Source: Polyangiales bacterium (GTDB lineage Bacteria; Myxococcota_A; Polyangia; Polyangiales; Ga0077539). From it: a stretch of 64,000 nucleotides of DNA. The position numbers were made by a program, and so were the translations under genes. Positions 27,970-37,455 of this stretch are shown here, piece after piece. The notes beneath the pieces were generated by a model. The model saw nothing but the letters and a program-made list of their open reading frames with translations, searched no databases and was not told the origin of the DNA. The stretch covers positions 64,001 through 128,000 of the forward strand of contig JBGARZ010000024.1 in NCBI GenBank assembly GCA_044229975.1, given 5' to 3'. Position 1 is the stretch's first letter, and each line of letters opens with the position of its first letter.

Positions 27970-30474
27970 ATGAGGCCAAAGATGCGTGCATTCCGATCGG
28001 ATGGGCTGCTGGTGGTGTTGAGCGTCCTCGGTGTCGGATGCACGCGATCGCGGGGGCCGTCCCCGGCCTCGCGCCCGGCCTCGCCGTCGCCCACGGCTCC
28101 GGCCGCGACTGCTCCTCAGGCCAACGGCGCCGACCTCGCCCGCGAGCGGGTCGCACACATGGCTGACCAGGTGGCGCACGACCCCTCGCTGGCCCGAGTC
28201 AACGCGGAAGAGGCGACGCTGGGCGAGGTGCGCCGCACGCTGCTCGACCCGTGGGTCGCGCAGTGGCGCGCGAGAGAGGGCGCCGGCTTCTCGGCGCGCG
28301 CCGACGTGGGCCTGAGCTGGTCGTCTGCCGCCCGCACGCTGCACCGTGAGGTCGAGGGCTTGCGCGAGTTCGCGTGGGCGCTCCAGCCGACCGCCGCGCC
28401 CGGCGACGAGGCCCAACGCTACCTCGCGGGCTTCAGCCGCGTGGACGACGTGCGCCTCGACGTGTGGCGCATGGTGCCCTCCGGCGAGCATGTGACCCTC
28501 GACGTCCGCTACGAGTTGCGCGGCCTCACGACGGCGGGCGCGCGTCGCCACGACCGGGGCGCGCTCACGCTCGAGGCGACCAGGCGCGACGGCGCCTGGC
28601 GCGTCACGCGCGCGTCGACCGGGCCGATGGAGAGCGTCGAAGGCCTGCGCCGCCCGGCCTTCGAGGTCGCGACGGCGTCGATGGGCCTCGACCAGCTCCC
28701 GGTCACGTCGCGCACCGAGGCCATCCGCCGCGGCGGCTACGCCGTGGCTGTGGCCGACTACGACGACGACCGCCGCCCCGACATGTTGGTGGGCAACGTC
28801 GGCCCGGTGCGGCTGCTCCACAACACAGGCCACGGTTTCGAGGACGTGACCCGCGCCGCGGGCCTGCAAGGCGAGACGCTGGTGAAGTCCGCGGTGTTCG
28901 CCGACCTCGACAGCGACGGCCACCGCGACCTCGTGCTGCTGCGCTTCGTCGACACCGCCGACCGGCAGAGCGACGACCTGTCGGTCTACCGCAACCTGGG
29001 CAACGGGCGCTTCGAGCGCCACGACAATCTGCTCCCGCGCGGCCGCCGCTACGACCGCGGCATGCCCCTCGCGGTGGCCGACTTCGACGGCAACGGACAC
29101 CTCGACCTGTACCTGGGCTTCCCTGGCGCGCGCGACTTCACCAACAACCTCCAGAACACCCAGCGGACGGCCGGGCTCTCGTCGCAGGGCATCTGGTTCA
29201 ACCAGGGCAACTGGCGCTTCACCGAGTCGCCCGCCGACAGCGTGCTGGTGCAGGCGCGCGAGGTCTATCCCCACGCCACGCTGGTCTCGGACCTCGACAA
29301 CGACGGCCGCGTCGATCTGGTGGTGGTCGACGACAGCGGGCGCGTAAGCCCCGTCTATCACAACGACGGCGCGGGCCGGTTTCACGACGTGACGGCGCAG
29401 AGCCGCCTCGACGCGCCGGGCTGGAGCATGGGCGCCGCCGCGGGTGATTTCGATGGCGACGGTGCGATGGACCTCGTGACCACGAACGTCGAGCTGCTCG
29501 ACGCCACCCGCATGGCGGCTTCTGCCGAGGGCCGCGAGACCGACCCCGAGCTGGCGCAGCGCTTCGCGGAGGTGCGCCGCTCGCAGAGTGGGGTGCGGAT
29601 CTACCACAACCGTGGCGACGGCACCTTCGAGCCCGCCCAGCGTTCGGGCATCGACTGGGTGGGTGAGGGCGCCGCGGGCGCCGAGTGGGTCGACTACAAC
29701 AACGACGGCCGCCTCGACCTCTACGTCGCCAACGGCCTGTGGAGCGGCGGCGGCGAGGACTTCTCGAGCCTCTTCACCCGTGGGGCCCTGCTCGGCCGCG
29801 CCAGCGAGGAGTGGGAGCACAGCGACGAGGTCACCGGCATCCCGGTGTTCGCCGCGCGCGGCCGCGAGCCCAACCCCATCCTCACGATCCTGCGGGAGTT
29901 TCGCGGCGAGCTCGCCAACCCGCGGGCGCCCTGGACGGCCACCGCACCGACGCTCTCGATGGCTGGCGGGCAGCGCAACCGGCTCTACCGCAACAACGGC
30001 GACAGCACCTTCACCGAGGTGGGCTACCTGGAGGGCGCCGACTCGCAGGAGGACGGCTATGTGATCGCCCCGTCCGACCTCGACGGCGACGGCCGCCAGG
30101 ACCTCGTGCTGCGCAACTGCGACCCTGCCCCGGGCCGTCGCTTCGAGACGGTCACCGTCCTGCGCAACACGGGCACGGCAGGCGCCAACGGCAACTCGCT
30201 GCGCATCGCCACGCGCGGTGAGCACAACTCCGACGGCTTCGGCGCCGTGGTCACCGTCTGGGTGGGCGACCGTCGCATCGTGCGTGAGGTCCGCGCCGTG
30301 AGCGGCGCCGCCCAGGGCGACCCGGAGGCCTTCGTTGGCATCGGCTCCGCCCAGCACGCCGACCGCGTCGAGATCCGCTGGCCCAACGGCAACGTGCAAC
30401 GCATGGGCAGCGTGCAAGCCGGCGAGATCGTGATGCAGGAGCGGCCGGCCGCCACCCGCGTCGCCGCTCGCTGA
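27970..30474 (+). CDS. CRTAC1/ASPIC-UnbV family FG-GAP repeat lipoprotein
   Basis: Repeated D[YLF]DxDGxxD and YxNxGxGxF motifs, NRLYRNNGD, C-terminal UnbV-like GIG...VEIRWPNG; lipobox LGVGC. Confidence 0.88.
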   Translation: MRPKMRAFRSDGLLVVLSVLGVGCTRSRGPSPASRPASPSPTAPAATAPQANGADLARERVAHMADQVAHDPSLARVNAEEATLGEVRRTLLDPWVAQWRAREGAGFSARADVGLSWSSAARTLHREVEGLREFAWALQPTAAPGDEAQRYLAGFSRVDDVRLDVWRMVPSGEHVTLDVRYELRGLTTAGARRHDRGALTLEATRRDGAWRVTRASTGPMESVEGLRRPAFEVATASMGLDQLPVTSRTEAIRRGGYAVAVADYDDDRRPDMLVGNVGPVRLLHNTGHGFEDVTRAAGLQGETLVKSAVFADLDSDGHRDLVLLRFVDTADRQSDDLSVYRNLGNGRFERHDNLLPRGRRYDRGMPLAVADFDGNGHLDLYLGFPGARDFTNNLQNTQRTAGLSSQGIWFNQGNWRFTESPADSVLVQAREVYPHATLVSDLDNDGRVDLVVVDDSGRVSPVYHNDGAGRFHDVTAQSRLDAPGWSMGAAAGDFDGDGAMDLVTTNVELLDATRMAASAEGRETDPELAQRFAEVRRSQSGVRIYHNRGDGTFEPAQRSGIDWVGEGAAGAEWVDYNNDGRLDLYVANGLWSGGGEDFSSLFTRGALLGRASEEWEHSDEVTGIPVFAARGREPNPILTILREFRGELANPRAPWTATAPTLSMAGGQRNRLYRNNGDSTFTEVGYLEGADSQEDGYVIAPSDLDGDGRQDLVLRNCDPAPGRRFETVTVLRNTGTAGANGNSLRIATRGEHNSDGFGAVVTVWVGDRRIVREVRAVSGAAQGDPEAFVGIGSAQHADRVEIRWPNGNVQRMGSVQAGEIVMQERPAATRVAAR

Positions 30475-30497
30475 CAGACTCCCTCCACCATTAGCCT

Positions 30498-30538
30498 GCC
30501 TAGACGTTCAGACGCCTGAACGTCCTGGACGTCCGAGG
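30498..30538. repeat. Tandem 8-bp GTCYRGAC-like array (about 5 units)
   Basis: GCCTAGAC-GTTCAGAC-GCCTGAAC-GTCCTGGAC-GTCCGAGG between convergent genes. Confidence 0.75.
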
Positions 30539-30575
30539 CCACCGGAGATCGGATCGGTCCACGTACCTCGCACGA

Positions 30576-33500
30576 TCACCCGATCGGCCGCAGCTCGTCG
30601 CTCCCGAAGAGCTCGAAGTACATCGCCCACGTCTTCGGGCACCGCTCCCTCACGCTGCATCCGCGGCACGGCGGCGGCTCGGGTCTCTGCGTCGCCCGCA
30701 CGGCATCGAGCGCGTCGTGCGTCAGGTGCAGGTCGTCCACCCGGTGCCGCGCCCAGTCCTCGGTCGCGTCGGGACTCCCGTGCAGCTCCGTCGGCAGCGC
30801 GCACAGCGGAAACGCCTCCGTGCTCACCGTCACGCCCTGCTGCGCCGCGACCTTCGCCGCCTGCCGCACCGCCAACGCCGCATGCGCCAGCCGCGGGACC
30901 GCGTCGGTCACCGCCCGCCCCGGCAGCTCCACCGGCCGCGGGAAGTTGAACTGCACCCGCGTCGCCCCGAGGTGCTTCGCGAAGGCCACCGTCGTCGCGA
31001 GCCCCCGTAGATTCCCCCGCAGCACCGGAACCGTCACCAGCAACTGCCGCCCCGACGCGGCCAGCGCCTTGATGGCCGTCGCCGTCGCGCGAAACGCCCC
31101 CGCCACCCCCGACAGCCGATCGTGCGTCGCCTCGTCGGCCGCCAGGAGCTGCACCTCGAAGGCGTCGACCCCCGCGCGCAGCAGCTCGTCCCGCAGCCCC
31201 ACCGCCGCGAGCGCTTTGCCGTCGGTCTGGAGCTGCACGAAGCGGTAGCCCATGCGCCGCGCGCGACCCACGAGCGCCGCCAGGTCGCGCCGCAGCGTCG
31301 CCTCGCCCCGCAGGATCACCAGCTCGTCGCACCCCGCCTCGCGCCCCTCGGCGAGCGAGCGCAGCGCCTCATCCGACGACCGATCGGGCTGCTCGCGTTG
31401 ATCGCGCAGGGTGCAGTGCCCGCAGTCGAGGTCGCAGCGCGTGGTCAGCCGCAACGACAGCCGACGCCCACCGGGCAACGCCGCGAGTACGGCATCGCTC
31501 GCGATCGGCGCGAGCGCGGGGCCGGGCGGTCGCTCGACGAGGAAGTCACCGATGGCGAGGAAGTCGGCGCCCAGGCCCACGAAGCAGTCGAGCGCGTCAG
31601 CAGGCGTGCAGACGATGGGCTCCCCCCGACGATTGAACGACGTGTCGAGCACCATCGGAACGCCCGTGAGCCGCTCGAAGGCCGCGATCATCGCGTGGTA
31701 GCGCGGCTGCTCGGTGGGGTGGACGACCTGCGGGCGGGTGGTTCCGTCGACGTGGACGACGGCGGGGACGCGCGCGCGTTGCGACTCGATGACGGGCAGC
31801 GTGAAGAGCATGAAGCGCGAGTCGAAGGCCCGCTCCAGCCACTCGCCCTCGCGACCCGCCAGCACCGACGGACCAAACGGCCGCCACGGCTCGCGCTGCT
31901 TCATCGCGTTGACCCGCGCGTGCATCGCCGCGTTGCGCGGATCAGCCACGATGGACCGCGCCCCGAGCGCCCGCGGGCCGAACTCCATCGGCCCCTGAAA
32001 CCAGCACGCCACCTGTCCGTCTGCGAGCCGCCGCGCCGTCTCTGTGGCCACGTCGTCGACGCGCTTCCACCGCAGCCGCGAGCGCTTGAGCACCCGCTCG
32101 ATGGACCCGTCGTCGAAGTCGGGACCCAGCCCCGCGTGGGTGAGCGCCGGGCTGCGATCGGTCTCTCCCAGGTGCATCGCCCACGCTTCGAGCGCCGCGC
32201 CGAAGGCCGTCCCCGCGTCGTTGGCCCCCGGCTGCACGAACATCGCCCCCGGCGCGAACTCCCGGCGCAGGCGTTCGTTCATGGTGCAGTTGAGCGCGAC
32301 GCCGCCCGCGAGGCAGAGCGCGTCGAGCGGGCCGTCTCCCACCGCGCGTCGCAGCAGCGCGACCACGGTGTCTTCGAGCGCCTTCTGCACGCTCGCCGCG
32401 AGGTCCTGGTGGCGCCGCTCGATGGGTCCATCGGGAGCGCGCGCGTAGGCCGCGAAGGTGTCGTTGAAGCCCTCCTCGTGCGCGACGAGCGTGCCGTCGT
32501 CCCGCATCGCGAGGTGCCGCGAGATGTCGACGTTGGGCGTCCCGAAGGAGGCCAGGGCCATCACGCTGCCCTGCCCGTGGGAGCCGAAGCCCAGCAGCGA
32601 GGTGACCCCCGAGTACACGCCGCCGATGGAGCGGTCGGTGAGCGCCAGCACGCTGTCGACCAGTGCGAGAACACCGTCCGTCGCCCGCCACACCGCCGCG
32701 CACTCGCGGTCGCCGCGGCCGTCGACGGTGAGCACCCAGGCGTCCAGACGTCCAGACGCTCTGAGGGCTGAAGCCGCGTGGGCCCGGTGATGCGGGAGGT
32801 AGAGCACCCTGCCCGCGCGCACCGCCGGGATGTCCGCCTTCGCATCGAGGAAGGGGATCTTCCCCACGTAGCGCCCGTGCAGTCCGTTGACGGCGATGCA
32901 CTCGACGTCGTCGAGGGTGATGCCTTCGCGCTCCAGCAGCGCGCGGATGGGCCCGCGGCAGAGGGTCTCTTCGAGGCAGAGGGTCGGGTCGACGGCCGCC
33001 GTCACGCCGGGCCGACCGGGCGGGTGCCAGCCCGCGTGACGGACGCGGTTGATGCGTTCGAGCTCGACGGCGCCGACCACCGCGCCGTCCTTCAGCAACG
33101 CGGCGGCGTGCTCCTGCTGGGTCATCACGGCGAGGCCCAGCACATACCTTGACCCCACCACCGGCCCCCGCTTCGGCAGCAGATAGCTCGGCGGAAACGG
33201 CGCCGGAACGCTCGGCCCCGGCAACCCCGCGAGCCGCGACAACCACCCTGGTCGATGCGCGAGTGCGTCGCTGCGGGTGTTGCCATCGGGCGCGTGCGTC
33301 GGCCGGATGGCGTCGCTCGGACACGCCTCCACGCAGTCCAGGCAGCGGGTGCAGTCGTCCTCCGCGCCCTCTCTCAGCCCGACGATCACGCCCTCGGTCC
33401 CCGCCTTCAACACCCCCTCCGGGCAGACCTCCGAGCACGCCCCGCAGCCCGTGCACCGCGACGCGTCCACCACCATCGGCAACCGCGGCCGATGCGCGGG

Positions 33501-34262
33501 CGGCTGCGCCGTCACCGTCGGTCGTCGTGACGCCTTCCACGCGAGCCCGTCGAGCAGCACCTCCGCCTCGCCTCGCCCTGGCGCCGCGCCCTCCTCGCGC
33601 AGCATCCCCTCCAGCGCGCGCAGCGCCCCGATGGACCAGCTCGCCGCGACGATGGCCGCCTGCCGCACACCCGTCGCCCCGCCCGGTCGCACCCACACCA
33701 TCACGTGCAGCCCCGCCGCGTCGCCCGTCCCGGCCACTGCGCCCACCACCTGCCGCGCCCCCGTCCGCAGCGGAACCACCACGCTCACCGTCGCCGCGCG
33801 CCCGTGCATCACCGCCGTCACCGCCGACGCCACGCCCGCCACGAGCCCCGCGTGCAGCGGGTCGTCCACCGTCGCCGCCGACACCACACCTTCCACCGCG
33901 CTCCCGTCCCCGAGGCGCTGTCGCAGGTCGGCGAGCGCCGTCGCGAAGCCCGCCTCCGGGTCGGTCACCTCGGCGAGCGCCACCACCTCGCGCGGTCGCC
34001 GGCGAGCGTCGACGTAGCGCTCCCCCTCGCGCCGCCCGCTCACCCTCACGGGCACCAACGGCGAGAACCTCGCCCGCAGCCACGTCACGGCCCGCGCGAC
34101 GTCATCGCGCCGCGTGTCGGGCTCGTCGCACTCCAGCGTGAGCCCCTCGTCGCCGACCACCAGCCGCGCGCCCGCGACACCCTGGGCATCGATGCCGTCG
34201 AGGAGATCGTCCGGGTCGAGTCTGGTTCCGAAGCCGCAGGTGAGGGGTGCGGGGAGCCGCAT
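30576..34262 (-). CDS. Fusion: unknown N-domain, 2x[4Fe-4S] ferredoxin, O-carbamoyltransferase (NodU/CmcH/TobZ), radical SAM
   Basis: CTGCGACSEVCP and CTRCLDCVEACP; HHRAH, DGRGD, GGVALNC, EFGPRALG, REPWRPF, HVDGT, TSFN..GEP; CDLDCGHC and a Cx2Cx5C tail, all in one 1228-aa frame. Confidence 0.9.
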   Translation of the reverse strand: MRLPAPLTCGFGTRLDPDDLLDGIDAQGVAGARLVVGDEGLTLECDEPDTRRDDVARAVTWLRARFSPLVPVRVSGRREGERYVDARRRPREVVALAEVTDPEAGFATALADLRQRLGDGSAVEGVVSAATVDDPLHAGLVAGVASAVTAVMHGRAATVSVVVPLRTGARQVVGAVAGTGDAAGLHVMVWVRPGGATGVRQAAIVAASWSIGALRALEGMLREEGAAPGRGEAEVLLDGLAWKASRRPTVTAQPPAHRPRLPMVVDASRCTGCGACSEVCPEGVLKAGTEGVIVGLREGAEDDCTRCLDCVEACPSDAIRPTHAPDGNTRSDALAHRPGWLSRLAGLPGPSVPAPFPPSYLLPKRGPVVGSRYVLGLAVMTQQEHAAALLKDGAVVGAVELERINRVRHAGWHPPGRPGVTAAVDPTLCLEETLCRGPIRALLEREGITLDDVECIAVNGLHGRYVGKIPFLDAKADIPAVRAGRVLYLPHHRAHAASALRASGRLDAWVLTVDGRGDRECAAVWRATDGVLALVDSVLALTDRSIGGVYSGVTSLLGFGSHGQGSVMALASFGTPNVDISRHLAMRDDGTLVAHEEGFNDTFAAYARAPDGPIERRHQDLAASVQKALEDTVVALLRRAVGDGPLDALCLAGGVALNCTMNERLRREFAPGAMFVQPGANDAGTAFGAALEAWAMHLGETDRSPALTHAGLGPDFDDGSIERVLKRSRLRWKRVDDVATETARRLADGQVACWFQGPMEFGPRALGARSIVADPRNAAMHARVNAMKQREPWRPFGPSVLAGREGEWLERAFDSRFMLFTLPVIESQRARVPAVVHVDGTTRPQVVHPTEQPRYHAMIAAFERLTGVPMVLDTSFNRRGEPIVCTPADALDCFVGLGADFLAIGDFLVERPPGPALAPIASDAVLAALPGGRRLSLRLTTRCDLDCGHCTLRDQREQPDRSSDEALRSLAEGREAGCDELVILRGEATLRRDLAALVGRARRMGYRFVQLQTDGKALAAVGLRDELLRAGVDAFEVQLLAADEATHDRLSGVAGAFRATATAIKALAASGRQLLVTVPVLRGNLRGLATTVAFAKHLGATRVQFNFPRPVELPGRAVTDAVPRLAHAALAVRQAAKVAAQQGVTVSTEAFPLCALPTELHGSPDATEDWARHRVDDLHLTHDALDAVRATQRPEPPPCRGCSVRERCPKTWAMYFELFGSDELRPIG

Positions 34263-34274
34263 GCCCTCGGGAGG

Positions 34275-35585
34275 CTACGCGATTGGCACCGTTCGCGCGC
34301 GCTGTGCGAGCGCCTCGACGACGCGCGCCACGACCGGGCGAGCCAGATCGACCGTCGCCCCGTCGGCCAGCCGGAAGTCCACCGCCGCACCCGTCTTCCC
34401 TCCCGCGCCCGGCGGCAAGAACACCACGTCCAACCGCTCGCCCCCGCTCGCCCGCAGCGGCAGCACGGTCTCGTCCGCGCCGTCCTGCACCGGCTCGGTC
34501 GACCACCCCGCGAAGCCGCCCACTCCGTGCAGCGCCCGCGCGAGCTTCACCGCCCGCCGACGCGCCCGCTGCGCCTTCAGCGCGTCTTCGGTCACGGCGC
34601 GAAACTCGTCCTCGCCGTGCAGCGCCAGGTACTCGCCGTAGACCCCGCTGCACTTCTCGCGGAACACACAACCCACGCAGCCCGCGGGGTGCCTTCGCAT
34701 CGAGTAGTGCCACTCGTACTTGTCGACGGCGACCTCCAGCCCTTCGGTGTCGCAGGCCTGCGTGACGGTCTCCTCGCCGCCATGGTGCACGCGGTCGGCC
34801 CACTCGGGGATCACGCAGTACGGCAGGTTGCCCACGTTGACGTCGAAGCCCGGCTGCTCGGCCTCGAAGGCTTCGAGCATCGCGCGGAAATACGGCGCCA
34901 TGTCCGTGTAGCGCGGCATGATCTCGCGGAGGTACGCGTCGTCGCGCTCGCCCGTGGAGCTCGGCCGCACGATGTCGAGGTGGAGCTGCGCGAGCCCGTG
35001 CTCGGCCACGAGCGCGGGGAAGTCCGGCAGCGAGCGGTAGCTGTTCTCGTTGACGCAGAGGTTGGCCGTCACGCGTTGTTTGAGCGCCGCGAGCGCGCGC
35101 AGCCCGAACTCGATGCGCTTGAACGAGTCTGGCCGCTTGGTGACCGCGACGTGGGCGGCCTCGTTGCCGCCTTGGATGGACACGCGCCACTCGACGCGCG
35201 GCCCCAGCGCCACCACCCGCTCGATGAACCCGGGATGCGGGAACATCACCCCGTTGGTGAAGATGATGACCTCCTCGAAGCCGAGGTCGACGGCGTGGGC
35301 GACGGCCTCGTGGAAGCCCTTGTGGAGCGTGGGTTCGCCGCCGAGGAAGGTGATGCGCCGGGCGCCCGAGGCGCGCGCCTTGTCGAGGGCCTCGATGATG
35401 GGCGCGAGGGCGATGGGCCGGGCGACCTTCCACTCCGAGAGCTGCCCGCTCGAACAGAACACGCATCGGTTGTTGCAGAGGTGCCCGAGCTGGAGCTCGA
35501 ACTGGTGCCCCGTCCCGGTCGCGGTGACCGTGGTGGCCTCGTCGCGCAGGCGATCGAGCACGGGCAGCACACGTCGGGTCGCCAT
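34275..35585 (-). CDS. HxsC-like radical SAM protein with C-terminal extension
   Basis: CNNRCVFC, LGGEPT, NLPYC, CVGCVFREKC. Confidence 0.92.
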   Translation of the reverse strand: MATRRVLPVLDRLRDEATTVTATGTGHQFELQLGHLCNNRCVFCSSGQLSEWKVARPIALAPIIEALDKARASGARRITFLGGEPTLHKGFHEAVAHAVDLGFEEVIIFTNGVMFPHPGFIERVVALGPRVEWRVSIQGGNEAAHVAVTKRPDSFKRIEFGLRALAALKQRVTANLCVNENSYRSLPDFPALVAEHGLAQLHLDIVRPSSTGERDDAYLREIMPRYTDMAPYFRAMLEAFEAEQPGFDVNVGNLPYCVIPEWADRVHHGGEETVTQACDTEGLEVAVDKYEWHYSMRRHPAGCVGCVFREKCSGVYGEYLALHGEDEFRAVTEDALKAQRARRRAVKLARALHGVGGFAGWSTEPVQDGADETVLPLRASGGERLDVVFLPPGAGGKTGAAVDFRLADGATVDLARPVVARVVEALAQRARTVPIA

Positions 35586-35671
35586 GACCCGTCCAGCGTA
35601 GGCTTGGGCCGACGACGAGGGCAAGCGAGCGCCTTGACCCGCCCGCGGGTCGTCCGGGACGATCGCGCGCG

Positions 35672-36120
35672 GTGAACGAGCCCCCATCCCCGCCGCGCCG
35701 ATCGACCGCGACCCTGGTCTCAGCACTGGCCTTCGTCGGCTACCTCGCCATCAGCCGCGTGACGGTGGACCTGTTCCCGTTCTCGACCCTCAACATGTAC
35801 TCGCACTCCCGCACGCAGGGCGCGAGCCGCCTCTTCGCCCGCGACGCCACGGGCCGCGTCCGCGAGCTCGACCGCTTCGACCGCTGGGACTGCCCCACCT
35901 CTCTCGACCCTGCCGCGCAGGCGTGCCCAAACCTCGGCAACGTCTCGACCATCGACTACGTCGACCGCGACATGGCCGTCTTTCTCCGCGCCCACCGGGC
36001 GCGCGCCCCCGAGAGCCCGCCCGTGGACGTCGTGCGCCGGGTGTGGCGCCTCACCGACCACGCAGGCCCTCCCCCCTTCGAGGACTGCCTCCTGCTGCGC
36101 TGCCGCGCGTCGTGGCGCCC

Positions 36121-36124
<4 letters not shown>
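35672..36124 (+). CDS. Hypothetical membrane-anchored protein
   Basis: N-terminal TM followed by LFPFSTLNMYS; GTGA overlap with the next gene. Confidence 0.65.
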
Positions 36125-37056
<932 letters not shown>

Positions 37057-37067
37057 TCGGACGTGGC

Positions 37068-37107
37068 CCGTAGACGCCAGAGCGTCCTGGAGTCTAGACG
37101 TCTGGAC
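37068..37107. promoter_or_regulatory. Tandem 8-bp array abutting the start codon of the RHH gene
   Basis: CCGTAGAC-GCCAGAGC-GTCCTGGA-GTCTAGAC-GTCTGGAC directly followed by ATG. Confidence 0.7.
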
Positions 37108-37452
37108 ATGGCCACCAAGAAGCCCCCGCTCAGCCTGCGCCGACCGAGCGAGGCCATCGATCCCCTCCAGGCCGAGCGCTTCGTCCGCGGCTCGGCCGTC
37201 GAGGCGCCCGCTCCGACGCCAAAGCGTCCAGACGTCCAGACGCCCGCTCCGACGCCGCGCGTGGTGGAGGCCGTCTCGAAGTCGCTGGTCTACCGCAAGC
37301 GCACCGACGACCACCGCCGGCGAATGACCATCTACCTGTCCGAAGACCTCTCGCGCCGCCTGCGCCTCTACGCCGCCGAGCACGACCAGGACTACAGCGT
37401 GATCCTCGCCGAGTCGCTCGAAGCCCTGCTCGACCGCAAGAACGTCCGCTAG
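37108..37452 (+). CDS. Ribbon-helix-helix DNA-binding protein (ParG-like centromere-binding candidate)
   Basis: Flexible N-terminus with AERFV, then RRMTIYLSEDLSRRLRLYAAEHDQDYSVILAESL, a strand-helix-helix pattern. Confidence 0.75.
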   Translation: MATKKPPLSLRRPSEAIDPLQAERFVRGSAVEAPAPTPKRPDVQTPAPTPRVVEAVSKSLVYRKRTDDHRRRMTIYLSEDLSRRLRLYAAEHDQDYSVILAESLEALLDRKNVR

Positions 37453-37455
37453 ACC

